From the NCBI GenBank assembly GCA_030706225.1, contig JAUZOW010000002.1, positions 1-51,238 of the forward strand: a DNA stretch of 51,238 nucleotides, given 5' to 3'. Shown one piece after another: positions 36,840-45,580 of the stretch. The stretch's first letter is position 1. Every line of letters starts with the position of its first letter. The stretch is from Bacteroidota bacterium (lineage in GTDB: Bacteria > Bacteroidota > Bacteroidia > Bacteroidales > FEN-979). The notes beneath the pieces were generated by a model. That model was not told the DNA's origin. It did not search any database and saw nothing but the letters and a program-made list of their open reading frames with translations. A program made the position numbers and the translations under genes.

Positions 36840-37970
36840 TCAGGTTGATTGTATTGCTTTTTCAATGGATTCCCATAACAGGTCAGCTGTTCTTTGCCAG
36901 GTAAACACCTCTTTACGCTGATTCCCTTTTTCAATAAGTCCGGCTCTGAAAGCGGGATCCTGGTATACTTTCATCAGTCCCTGGAAAATGGATCCGGTAT
37001 CAAACGGGTCAACCAGTAATGCAGCATCTCCTGCAACTTCAGGCATAGAGGTAACATTGGAAGTGATGACAGCAGTTCCGCACCGGTACGCTTCCACGAT
37101 AGGAATACCGAATCCTTCAAAATATGATACATAAACCAGCGCTAAAGAAGATCCCAGAACTTTTTGCAATTCCTCTGGGTCCAGTCTGCCACTGAAAATA
37201 ACGGCATCTCCATGCCTCATACTTTGGTAAGCCTGGTCAATCTCTTCTGTCCACCATTTTCTGGATCCGACAATCAGCAACTTGACATCCGAACTGGTGT
37301 TTTCCTTGAACCGCTCAAAAGCAAGGAAAAGGTTGGTAAGATTTTTCCTGGGATGAAGCGAACCGATAAAAACAAAATAGGGACATCCCCCGGTATAGGT
37401 TTTTCTGACGCTTTCTTTCTCATTTTCCGGAACGGGATGAAAAGAATCATTGGCTCCGTTGTAAACGATATCTATCTTTTCGGAAGGGATACCGTATTGT
37501 TCACGGATATCTCTTTTGGAATATTCAGATACTGTGGCGATCCGGATTGCTTTTTTGGCAAATTTCGGGAAATAATGCCGGTAATAACGGCTTGTCAGGA
37601 ACGGGAGATCTCCCCGGTAATGTTCGAAATTCAGGTCGTGGATGACGGCCATGGATTTAACATGAGTACGGAGTGATAAATAGCCATCGGGCGACAGAAA
37701 CAGATCCGGGTTCAGACGTTTCAGAACCGGTGGTAGAAAATAATCAAACCATAGGCAGAAAAGGACCGGATGGCGGGCCTGGGGAAACTGAACAATGGGA
37801 GTTACATTCTCCGAAAAAATAAATTCCGGGTCATACGGCCGGTCAAATATAAAGTAAAACTGATGTTCCGGGTGCTGGGTAGTGATCCGTCTCAGCGATT
37901 CATATGTAAACCAACCGATCCCATCGAGTTTGTCCCGTATCAGCAAACGTGTATTGACCGCAATATTCAT
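36840..37970 (-). CDS. Glycosyltransferase family 4 (GT-B, retaining)
   Basis: C-terminal 'SYFEGFGIPIVEAYRCGTAVITSN' is a GT4 EX7E-type motif. 376 aa. Confidence 0.85.
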   Translation of the reverse strand: MNIAVNTRLLIRDKLDGIGWFTYESLRRITTQHPEHQFYFIFDRPYDPEFIFSENVTPIVQFPQARHPVLFCLWFDYFLPPVLKRLNPDLFLSPDGYLSLRTHVKSMAVIHDLNFEHYRGDLPFLTSRYYRHYFPKFAKKAIRIATVSEYSKRDIREQYGIPSEKIDIVYNGANDSFHPVPENEKESVRKTYTGGCPYFVFIGSLHPRKNLTNLFLAFERFKENTSSDVKLLIVGSRKWWTEEIDQAYQSMRHGDAVIFSGRLDPEELQKVLGSSLALVYVSYFEGFGIPIVEAYRCGTAVITSNVTSMPEVAGDAALLVDPFDTGSIFQGLMKVYQDPAFRAGLIEKGNQRKEVFTWQRTADLLWESIEKAIQST

Positions 37971-38021
37971 TCCAGGACAGGAAAATATGGGAAACTATTG
38001 TTAATCAAAAAATTTAATTCT

Positions 38022-38029
38022 TATTTTTG
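38022..38029 (+). promoter_or_regulatory. Candidate -7 promoter box (TATTTTTG) for the flippase operon
   Basis: Exact match to TAnnTTTG, 73 nt upstream of the ATG at 38102. Confidence 0.4.
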
Positions 38030-38101
38030 CAACAAATATCTGAATTATTTTTGAGTTTTGAATGAAAAGTTTCCTTCCCCGGAAGCTTTTAACATTTCTT
38101 C

Positions 38102-39577
38102 ATGCAGCGTAAATTCCTAACAAATCTTGGGTTATTACTTTCTCTTAACCTTTTGATCAAGCCATTCTGGATTTTTGGCATTGACAGGACGGTTCAAAAT
38201 ATCGTCGGGGTTGCTGATTACGGTTTTTATTTTGTCATCTTCAATTTCTCCTTTCTCTTCAATATCTTTCTTGATTTAGGGATAACCAACTTCAACAACC
38301 GGAATATTGCCCAGAATAATCATTTACTGAACAAGCATTTTTCGGGAATTATAGTGCTGAAAGTATTGTTGGCGGCTTTATATCTCCTTGTCACTTTCCT
38401 TGTGGCGTTAATCGAAGGATATCATGCCGAACAGTTCAGGTTGCTTGCATTTCTTGCTTTTAACCAGGTTCTCATTTCCCTGATTCTTTATCTCCGCTCA
38501 AATGTTTCAGGACTTCTCTTTTTTAAAACCGACAGTATGCTTTCGGTACTTGACCGGTTTTTAATGATCATTTTCTGCGGAGCCTTGCTTTGGGGAGGTA
38601 TTACTTCAAAACCTTTCCGAATCGAGTGGTTTGTTTATTCCCAGACATTAGCTTATCTGATCACAGCACTGGTAGCATTTCTGATTGTCATGAAAAAAGC
38701 CCATCTGAGAAAACTGAACTGGAACTGGCCTTTTTTTCTGATGATCATAAAGCAAAGCTTTCCATTTTCTCTGTTGGTTCTTTTAATGACGTTGTACAAT
38801 CGTTTGGATCCGATCATGCTGGATTTACTGCTGGGTAAGACTAACGGGAGCATTCAGGCTGGAATTTATGCTTCCGGTTTCCGAATCCTGGATGCAGTGA
38901 ATAACATTGCTTATCTGTTCTCTGTTTTACTCCTTCCGATTTTTGCGAAAATGATCAAAGACAAGAAACCTGTTGAAAAGATGATGAAATTATCGTTTAC
39001 TCTGATCATTACTCCGGCAATCATAACAGCAGCAGGATCTTTCTTCTACAGCCACGAACTGATGGGACTTTTATATAATGCGCATATAAACGAAAGTGCT
39101 AATGTTTTTCAACTTCTGATGGGTGGATTCGTAGCCGTATCAACTACTTATATTTTCGGAACTCTCCTTACCGCCAACGGAAATTTAAAGTACCTCAACA
39201 TAATTGCTTTGAGCGGATTAGCTGTCAACTTTTCAGTAAATATGATCCTTATCCCACGGATGCAAGCTATGGGATCTGCCTATGCCAGCCTGATCACCCA
39301 ATTTTTTACTGCCGTCCTCCAGGTATTCCTTGCTCAAAAGATATTCCGGTTCCGGATCAATTACAGGTATCTTTCAGTTCTTTTATCCTTTATTCTCGGA
39401 GTTGTTTTGTTCAATTATCTTTCTCAGGTTCTGAATCCGGCAGGTTGGTTTATTCAGAGAAGCTGGGGATGGATCCTGAATTTCCTGATCATGGTCGTAC
39501 TATCTGTTATACTGGCTGCTGCGCTTGGACTGTTCAATCTGAAATCGATGATTCAGATTTTACGTGAAGACCGATAA
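38102..39577 (+). CDS. wzx: Oligosaccharide/polysaccharide flippase (Wzx/MOP superfamily)
   Basis: 491 aa with ~12-14 TM segments and no soluble domain. Located next to Wzz-like and O-antigen-ligase-like genes. Confidence 0.75.
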   Translation: MQRKFLTNLGLLLSLNLLIKPFWIFGIDRTVQNIVGVADYGFYFVIFNFSFLFNIFLDLGITNFNNRNIAQNNHLLNKHFSGIIVLKVLLAALYLLVTFLVALIEGYHAEQFRLLAFLAFNQVLISLILYLRSNVSGLLFFKTDSMLSVLDRFLMIIFCGALLWGGITSKPFRIEWFVYSQTLAYLITALVAFLIVMKKAHLRKLNWNWPFFLMIIKQSFPFSLLVLLMTLYNRLDPIMLDLLLGKTNGSIQAGIYASGFRILDAVNNIAYLFSVLLLPIFAKMIKDKKPVEKMMKLSFTLIITPAIITAAGSFFYSHELMGLLYNAHINESANVFQLLMGGFVAVSTTYIFGTLLTANGNLKYLNIIALSGLAVNFSVNMILIPRMQAMGSAYASLITQFFTAVLQVFLAQKIFRFRINYRYLSVLLSFILGVVLFNYLSQVLNPAGWFIQRSWGWILNFLIMVVLSVILAAALGLFNLKSMIQILREDR

Positions 39578-39622
39578 AAGGGGAGTATATTCCCCGGTTC
39601 TTGTTAGTGTCCTAAATTTCTA

Positions 39623-39630
39623 TAATTTTG
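39623..39630 (+). promoter_or_regulatory. Candidate internal -7 promoter box (TAATTTTG)
   Basis: Exact match to TAnnTTTG, 21 nt upstream of the ATG at 39651. Confidence 0.35.
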
Positions 39631-39650
39631 ACAAAAAATTTTCCCGATTT

Positions 39651-40691
39651 ATGATCAACGAAACAAAAAGGAGTGAGAATTTTGATTCCACGAACCTGGT
39701 GATCTTTCTTTATAAGTGGAGAAAACCATTGCTTATCGTTCTTTTGGCAGCAATGGCAGGGTCTTGGTTTTTTTCTCTTCCCTGGTTTATAACTCCTCAA
39801 TATAAATCGACCGTTGTTCTTTTTCCGGCAAGTACAAGCTCGGTATCTAAAGCGCTTTTAAGCGAGCAGCCTGGTAAAGGGCAGGATCTGGTCACTTTCG
39901 GAGAGGATGAGCAGGCAGAACAGCTTTTGCAAATACTGAACTCAAATAAAATCCGCGACCGGATTATCAGGGAATTCAAACTGATGCAGCATTACGGAAT
40001 CGATTCTAATTCAAAATACAGAAATTCCATACTTGCCAGAAAGTATGAAAAAAATATCAGCTTTCGAAGAACAGAATTCATGGCCGTGAAAATTTCGGTA
40101 ATGGATAAAGATCCTCAAATGGCTGCCGACGTTGCCAATCGCATTGCACAACTTCTTGATACAGTAAAGAATGATATGCAGAAAGAACGGGCAATCCGTG
40201 GTTTTAAAATTGTAGAAGCCGAATACATCAGCCTTGACCGTGAAGTTAAACAGATCACAGACTCTTTAGTTACATTGGGAAAATTGGGTGTCAATGATGT
40301 GGAATACCAATCTCAGGTTCTGAACGAACAGATGTCCATTGCGGTGATGCATAATAACCGGAATGCTATGAAAATTCTTCAGAAAAAGCTGGATGTACTT
40401 GGCGAGTATGGCGGTATTTATATGGAACTGAAACAGGCTCTGGAGTTTAAAACCAATCAGCTTACTCTTCTTCAGGCAAAATATAAGGAAGCAAAAGTGG
40501 ATGCGGAAGCTAATCTTCCTCAGAAATTTATTGTCAACGATGCTTTTAAAGCAGAGAGGACCAGTTACCCCATACGGTGGCTGATCATCCTGGTCTCTTC
40601 TTTATCGGCTCTTTTCCTTTCGATCATTGTCATTATTGTTCTGGAAAAGGTGTCTGCCTACAAATCACATAAGAAATTCAATGTCGGTTAA
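39651..40691 (+). CDS. Wzz-like polysaccharide chain-length determinant (PCP-1 type, no kinase domain), copy 1
   Basis: Has TM1 (LLIVLLAAMAGSWFF), a long coiled-coil periplasmic region, 'SYPIRW' and a C-terminal TM. I chose the ATG at 39651; the listed 39564 start is a GTG inside wzx. Confidence 0.7.
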   Translation: MINETKRSENFDSTNLVIFLYKWRKPLLIVLLAAMAGSWFFSLPWFITPQYKSTVVLFPASTSSVSKALLSEQPGKGQDLVTFGEDEQAEQLLQILNSNKIRDRIIREFKLMQHYGIDSNSKYRNSILARKYEKNISFRRTEFMAVKISVMDKDPQMAADVANRIAQLLDTVKNDMQKERAIRGFKIVEAEYISLDREVKQITDSLVTLGKLGVNDVEYQSQVLNEQMSIAVMHNNRNAMKILQKKLDVLGEYGGIYMELKQALEFKTNQLTLLQAKYKEAKVDAEANLPQKFIVNDAFKAERTSYPIRWLIILVSSLSALFLSIIVIIVLEKVSAYKSHKKFNVG

Positions 40692-40726
40692 AATAATGTC
40701 TTAAAAACGAAATAACTACTACACAT

Positions 40727-41692
40727 ATGGAAGATTATTTTAAAAGTCAAAACATTATCAATATCCTTTGGCGATGGAAAATCCATCTTGGAGTTTTGAT
40801 CATTGCTGCGATCCTTTTATCGGCGTTTTTCTCAAGTTCCCTATTTATTACTCCTTTGTTCAAATCGTTTGCTATTGTCTATCCTTCCAATGTGAGCCCG
40901 TATTCCGATGAAAGTGAAACAGAGCAGATGATGCAAATCTTTCAGTCAAAGGATATTCGTGATAGCCTCATTAAGAAATTTGATCTTCCCCGTCATTACG
41001 GAGTTGACCCGAATGGCAAGTACTTCCTGAGTACATTGCTCTGGGAATACGGAAAAAAAGTCAAGATCACCAAAACCCCCTATTCAGCGGTCAGCATTGA
41101 AGTTCTTGATAAAGATCCCAAACAGGCTTGTGATATGGTAAATGAAATTATGAACCAGTATAATTTCAAAGTGCGCAATATGCATAAGGAAAAATTCCTT
41201 GAAGTCGTAAATAATTACCGCACTATTGTTAACCTGAAGAAGATGGAGCTGGATTCCATTTCCAATGTGGGGAATGAATTGGGAACAAAATATGGTTTGC
41301 TTGATTATCCTAACCAAACCCGTGAAGTTATGCGTGCATACCTCAGCGGAGGTGGTTCCGGAAAACATTCGGGAAGTGAGGTAAAAAAGCTGAAGAAGAA
41401 CATGGAAGAAAAAGGAGGGGAAAGGGAACTTCTATCTCAGCTTATGGTTTCGGAAACAAAGGATTACAGCACGCTGAAGCTTGACTATGATAGAGCTGTT
41501 CTGGATTACAACCGTAATTTTACCTATGTCAATGTCCTGAATAAGCCTTTTGTTTCGGATAAAAAATCTTATCCTGTCCGCTGGGTTATTGTCGTCTTGT
41601 CAACCCTGGCTGTTCTGGTTCTCGGAATCATGGTTATTGGAATTGTTGAGCACAGAAGAGTCTATAATTCAAGGAAGGATTCTAATATCTGA
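40727..41692 (+). CDS. Wzz-like polysaccharide chain-length determinant, copy 2 (tandem paralog)
   Basis: Same architecture as copy 1. Blocks that align by eye include 'FITPLFKS', 'QIFQSKDIRDSLIKKFDL..HYGVD', 'VLDKDPKQA' and 'SYPVRW' followed by a TM. Confidence 0.7.
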   Translation: MEDYFKSQNIINILWRWKIHLGVLIIAAILLSAFFSSSLFITPLFKSFAIVYPSNVSPYSDESETEQMMQIFQSKDIRDSLIKKFDLPRHYGVDPNGKYFLSTLLWEYGKKVKITKTPYSAVSIEVLDKDPKQACDMVNEIMNQYNFKVRNMHKEKFLEVVNNYRTIVNLKKMELDSISNVGNELGTKYGLLDYPNQTREVMRAYLSGGGSGKHSGSEVKKLKKNMEEKGGERELLSQLMVSETKDYSTLKLDYDRAVLDYNRNFTYVNVLNKPFVSDKKSYPVRWVIVVLSTLAVLVLGIMVIGIVEHRRVYNSRKDSNI

Positions 41693-41729
41693 TGGACCTG
41701 ACGAATTGAGAACCTTTTATTGTTGAATT

Positions 41730-43193
41730 TTGCCGGATAAAAAGAAAATAAGTTGGGTTTATGGCATCTGCGCACTCTTTGTTGCGCTTAATGCCTACCT
41801 TATGGTCAGGGATGTATACTGGTCACTTCTGATCCCTTTGGGATTATTGCTTGTTTATTTGTATATCTATGCTCTGGATAAGATTATCTTACTCGTAACT
41901 TTTCTTACCCCCATTGCCATCAACATGACGGATTCGGAGTTTGGTGTTGGAATTTCCCTTCCGACCGAACCGTTGCTCTTTGGAGTCCTTATCATGTTTA
42001 TGCTGAAGATAATCTTTGATAATCACTATGATGGCCGGATCATGAAGCATCCTCTGACCCTTATCATTCTGATTGATTTGGGCTGGATGCTGATCACCAG
42101 TATAACCAGCCAGATTCCGCTGGTTTCTTTTAAATATTTGCTGGCACGGCTCTGGTTCGTCATTCCATTCTTCTTTCTGGGGATTCCTTTATTTAAGAAG
42201 GAAAAGAATATTCAGAACTTTATCTGGCTTTATGCTATTCCACTTGTAGGAGTGATTGGGTACACCATTTATAACCATTCCCTGTGGGGATTTAATGAAC
42301 AAGCCGGACATTGGGTGATGGAGCCATTTTACAATGACCATACCGCATATGGTGCTATTTTAGCTATGTATATACCGGTTTTTGCGGGTTTTTCTTTTTC
42401 AAAATCATTTTCAAAAACCGTACGTTTCTTTTCATTTCTTGTGCTTGTAATCCTTTTGGTTGCCATTGTCCTGTCGTTCAGTCGTGCAGCATGGGTGAGC
42501 CTGGCATTTGCCATTGTCGTCTATCTGATCGTTATATTCAAAATAAAAGTCAGATGGATTCTCTTTACACTGGCATTTTTGATCGGTGGTTTCATGGTTT
42601 TTCAGAATGAAATTTTTGATAAACTGGAAAAGAACAAGCAGGGATCTTCCGCGAACTTTATTGAACATGTTCAAAGTATATCGAACATTTCGACCGACGA
42701 TTCAAACCTTGAACGTATCAATCGCTGGCAATCGGCATTCCGTATGTTTTCGGACCATCCTTTCTTCGGATTTGGTCCTAACACATATCAGTTTGAGTAT
42801 GCGCCGTACCAGCATTCCAATGAAAAAACGAGGATTAGTACGAATGCAGGTGACCGCGGAAATGCTCACAGCGAATATATTGGTCCGCTGGCGGAATCCG
42901 GAATTTTAGGATTTTTATGCAAAGTAGCTATCGTGATTACAATGTTGGTGATCGGATTAAGGGTTTATCACGAAGCGGCTGACAGCCGGGTTAAAATGAT
43001 CAGTATTTCGGTTCTTCTGGGATTGATAACTTACTTCTTTCACGGAACCATGAATGATTTTCTGGATTCTGATAAAGCATCCATACCGGTATGGGGATTC
43101 ATAGCTATACTGGTATCACTGGATCTTTATTATCCTAAGAAAGAGAAAGAAAAAAAGGAAATCAGTTTAGATTCTTCAGAGGAAATTTCGTAG
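41730..43193 (+). CDS. O-antigen ligase/polymerase family membrane protein (Wzy_C domain)
   Basis: Polytopic. 'SFSRAAWVSL' and 'GNAHSEYIGPLAESGILGF' match the WaaL/Wzy_C periplasmic-loop signature. The listed start is a TTG, so the start is uncertain. Confidence 0.75.
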   Translation: MPDKKKISWVYGICALFVALNAYLMVRDVYWSLLIPLGLLLVYLYIYALDKIILLVTFLTPIAINMTDSEFGVGISLPTEPLLFGVLIMFMLKIIFDNHYDGRIMKHPLTLIILIDLGWMLITSITSQIPLVSFKYLLARLWFVIPFFFLGIPLFKKEKNIQNFIWLYAIPLVGVIGYTIYNHSLWGFNEQAGHWVMEPFYNDHTAYGAILAMYIPVFAGFSFSKSFSKTVRFFSFLVLVILLVAIVLSFSRAAWVSLAFAIVVYLIVIFKIKVRWILFTLAFLIGGFMVFQNEIFDKLEKNKQGSSANFIEHVQSISNISTDDSNLERINRWQSAFRMFSDHPFFGFGPNTYQFEYAPYQHSNEKTRISTNAGDRGNAHSEYIGPLAESGILGFLCKVAIVITMLVIGLRVYHEAADSRVKMISISVLLGLITYFFHGTMNDFLDSDKASIPVWGFIAILVSLDLYYPKKEKEKKEISLDSSEEIS

Positions 43194-43196
43194 AGA

Positions 43197-44135
43197 TTAC
43201 TCTTCTTTAGAAAATTTGTGCATCATATCCGGAAGATTCCGGAGAGCAGCCAGTTCACGCCATTTTTTACGTGCTTCCACTGCCGGTGATCCGAAATAGG
43301 TTTTACCACCTTCAATGGATTTATCAATGGCTGAAGTAGCCAAAACAACAGCTTTGGCCCCGATAACCAGGTCTTTATTAACAGAAACCCTTGCCCAGAG
43401 AAGAACATCATCTTCAATTCTGGTCACTCCTGCAATAGCACAATGAGCTCCAATCAGGCAGTTTTTCCCGACATAGGTGTCATGACCGATCTGAACATGA
43501 TTGTCGAGCTTTGTCCCGAAATCGATGGTTGTATCACCGGAAACGCCCTTGTCAATACTGCAAAGAGCTCCAATTTCGACGTTATCGCAAAGGATAACCC
43601 GACCACAGGATTCAAGCTTTTTATAACCTTCGGGACGACGCTGGAAATAGTAGGCATCGGCTCCGATCACAGAACCGGAATGGATAATGACATTATTCCC
43701 GATCTCTGTGCGGTCATAAATACTTACATTGGCATGAATCAGGCAGTTTTTCCCGATTTTAACATGATTGCCGATGAAGGTTCCTGGCTGGATAATGGTT
43801 CCTTCCCCAATACTTGCGTTCGGACTGATTGCAGCCAGTGCTTTTTCAAAAGGTCTGAAATATTTTGCCAGATACACATAATCGTCAAAAGGCTTTTCCG
43901 AAATGATTAGTGCTTTGCCGGCAGGAGGCTCCACCTCTTTGTTGATCAGGATAGTGGTTGCTTTAGAGTTCAGCGCTTTTTCATAATACTTGGGATGATC
44001 CACAAAGGTCAGATCACCAAATCCAACCATATGAATTTCATTCATTCCGGTAACTGGAAATGAAGGATCGCCAACGAAACGGCAGCCGATCTTGTCGGCT
44101 ATTTCCTTCAGCAGGTAAGTACGATCAAAGTTCAT
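43197..44135 (-). CDS. lpxD: UDP-3-O-acylglucosamine N-acyltransferase, second paralog
   Basis: Has an N-terminal uridine-binding-like domain and a left-handed beta-helix ('IGNHVKIGKNCLIHANVSI', 'IGHDTYVGKNCLIGAHCAIAG'). The C-terminal helix resembles that of the 48459..49496 copy ('GSPAVEARK'). Confidence 0.8.
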   Translation of the reverse strand: MNFDRTYLLKEIADKIGCRFVGDPSFPVTGMNEIHMVGFGDLTFVDHPKYYEKALNSKATTILINKEVEPPAGKALIISEKPFDDYVYLAKYFRPFEKALAAISPNASIGEGTIIQPGTFIGNHVKIGKNCLIHANVSIYDRTEIGNNVIIHSGSVIGADAYYFQRRPEGYKKLESCGRVILCDNVEIGALCSIDKGVSGDTTIDFGTKLDNHVQIGHDTYVGKNCLIGAHCAIAGVTRIEDDVLLWARVSVNKDLVIGAKAVVLATSAIDKSIEGGKTYFGSPAVEARKKWRELAALRNLPDMMHKFSKEE

Positions 44136-44152
44136 GGCAGAAGTTTATTTTA

Positions 44153-44719
44153 TCAAGACTTTACACGTTCAGAATAGTCGCCTGTACGGGTATCAATCCG
44201 GATCACATCACCGATTTCAATAAACAATGGAATACGAACAGTGGCACCGGTTTCAACGGTTGCATTTTTCAGCGCGTTGGTAGCAGTGTTTCCTTTCAGT
44301 CCGGGTTCTGTATATGTGACAGCAAGGTTTACATAAGTGGGTAATTCACAGGTAAGAGGGGTTTCCGTGTCCGCATGGAAAAGAATTTCAACTTCCTGCC
44401 CTTCTTTCAAAAATGCGGGAGCATTGATCAGTTCTTCCGGAATAAAAGTCTGATCAAATGTTTCCGTATGCATAAAATGATAACCGGAGTCATCCTTGTA
44501 AAGATATTGGTATTTTCTTCTTTCGACACGTGCTATATCGATTTTTACACCGGAATCAAAAGTATTGGAAATTACTCTCCCGTTTTTCAGATTCTTCATT
44601 TTTGTCCTGATAAATGCAGGACCTTTTCCGGGTTTTACATGCTGGAATTCAACAATTGAATAGAGATCATTATTAAATTCAATGACCAAACCATTCCTGA
44701 TATCTGCAGTTGTTGCCAT
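44153..44719 (-). CDS. efp: Elongation factor P
   Basis: Has '[18 protein letters not shown]'. 188 aa. Confidence 0.95.
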   Translation of the reverse strand: MATTADIRNGLVIEFNNDLYSIVEFQHVKPGKGPAFIRTKMKNLKNGRVISNTFDSGVKIDIARVERRKYQYLYKDDSGYHFMHTETFDQTFIPEELINAPAFLKEGQEVEILFHADTETPLTCELPTYVNLAVTYTEPGLKGNTATNALKNATVETGATVRIPLFIEIGDVIRIDTRTGDYSERVKS

Positions 44720-44752
44720 AATTAATTATAAAATAACACTTTTAAAGGGCTG

Positions 44753-44760
44753 CAAAATTA
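44753..44760 (-). promoter_or_regulatory. Candidate -7 promoter box (TAATTTTG on minus strand) for efp
   Basis: Plus-strand CAAAATTA, 34 nt upstream of the efp ATG. Confidence 0.4.
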
Positions 44761-44833
44761 GTCAAAAAAATTGAATCTCCGAATCAACCAACTTTTTTTG
44801 TACTTTCACGGTGCCAAAATAGCAGCATGTAAG

Positions 44834-45580
44834 ATGCAGAATAAATCTTTCCGACATAAAGTCAAGAACATTCTCGTTCAGTTAAATATACCATTGACAC
44901 AAAATATCAGGTACGATATTTATACCCGCAATATCATGAAAAGAGTATTGAAACATGATAGCTGTGGAATTGATATTGGGTGTCATGAAGGGGAGATTCT
45001 GGATGATATGATGCATTTTGCACCTGCAGGGAAATTTTATGCTTTCGAACCTTTACCTGATCTTTTTAAGAACCTTTGCAGGAAATATGCAGAAATGCCG
45101 GTTGTCGTTTCACCGATCGCACTGTTCGACAAAAAAGGGACGACTCCTTTCAACTATGTTGAAAATGCGCCGGCGTACAGCGGAATTCGTAAAAGATCTT
45201 ATGACATTCCGGATGCTCATATCCGAGAAGTGACGGTTGAAACTGATTTACTGGATAATGTCATACCCTTGGATTTTCCTGTCCGGTTCATTAAAATTGA
45301 TGTGGAAGGTGCGGAATTTGCCGTACTGAAAGGTGCTATAAAAATTTTACGCCGTCATCGTCCTGTTGTCATTTTTGAATGTGGTCTGGGCGCTGCCGAT
45401 TTTTACGGTACAGTTCCTAAAGAAGTGTATTCGTTTCTTACAGCCGATGCGGGATTAAAGCTGAATACTCTTTCGGGTTTTCTGAAAAAAGTTCCTTGCC
45501 TGGACAGTAAAACATTTTGCAACCTTTTCGAAAACAAGGAGGAATATTATTTCATCGCATATTCCGACGAACTTATCTGA
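44834..45580 (+). CDS. FkbM-family SAM-dependent methyltransferase
   Basis: Has 'IDIGCHEGE' and 'FIKIDVEGAEFAVLKG'. I chose the ATG at 44834; the listed 44771 start is a TTG. Confidence 0.75.
   Translation: MQNKSFRHKVKNILVQLNIPLTQNIRYDIYTRNIMKRVLKHDSCGIDIGCHEGEILDDMMHFAPAGKFYAFEPLPDLFKNLCRKYAEMPVVVSPIALFDKKGTTPFNYVENAPAYSGIRKRSYDIPDAHIREVTVETDLLDNVIPLDFPVRFIKIDVEGAEFAVLKGAIKILRRHRPVVIFECGLGAADFYGTVPKEVYSFLTADAGLKLNTLSGFLKKVPCLDSKTFCNLFENKEEYYFIAYSDELI

Noticed and set aside
38062-38112. 16-aa upstream ORF (MKSFLPRKLLTFLHAA) overlapping the wzx start. A similar 28-aa ORF at 2013-2099 overlaps the nadK start.
   Set aside because: There is no supporting signal beyond an ATG, and the sequence alone cannot distinguish them from chance ORFs. 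They are only worth revisiting if Ribo-seq data exist.
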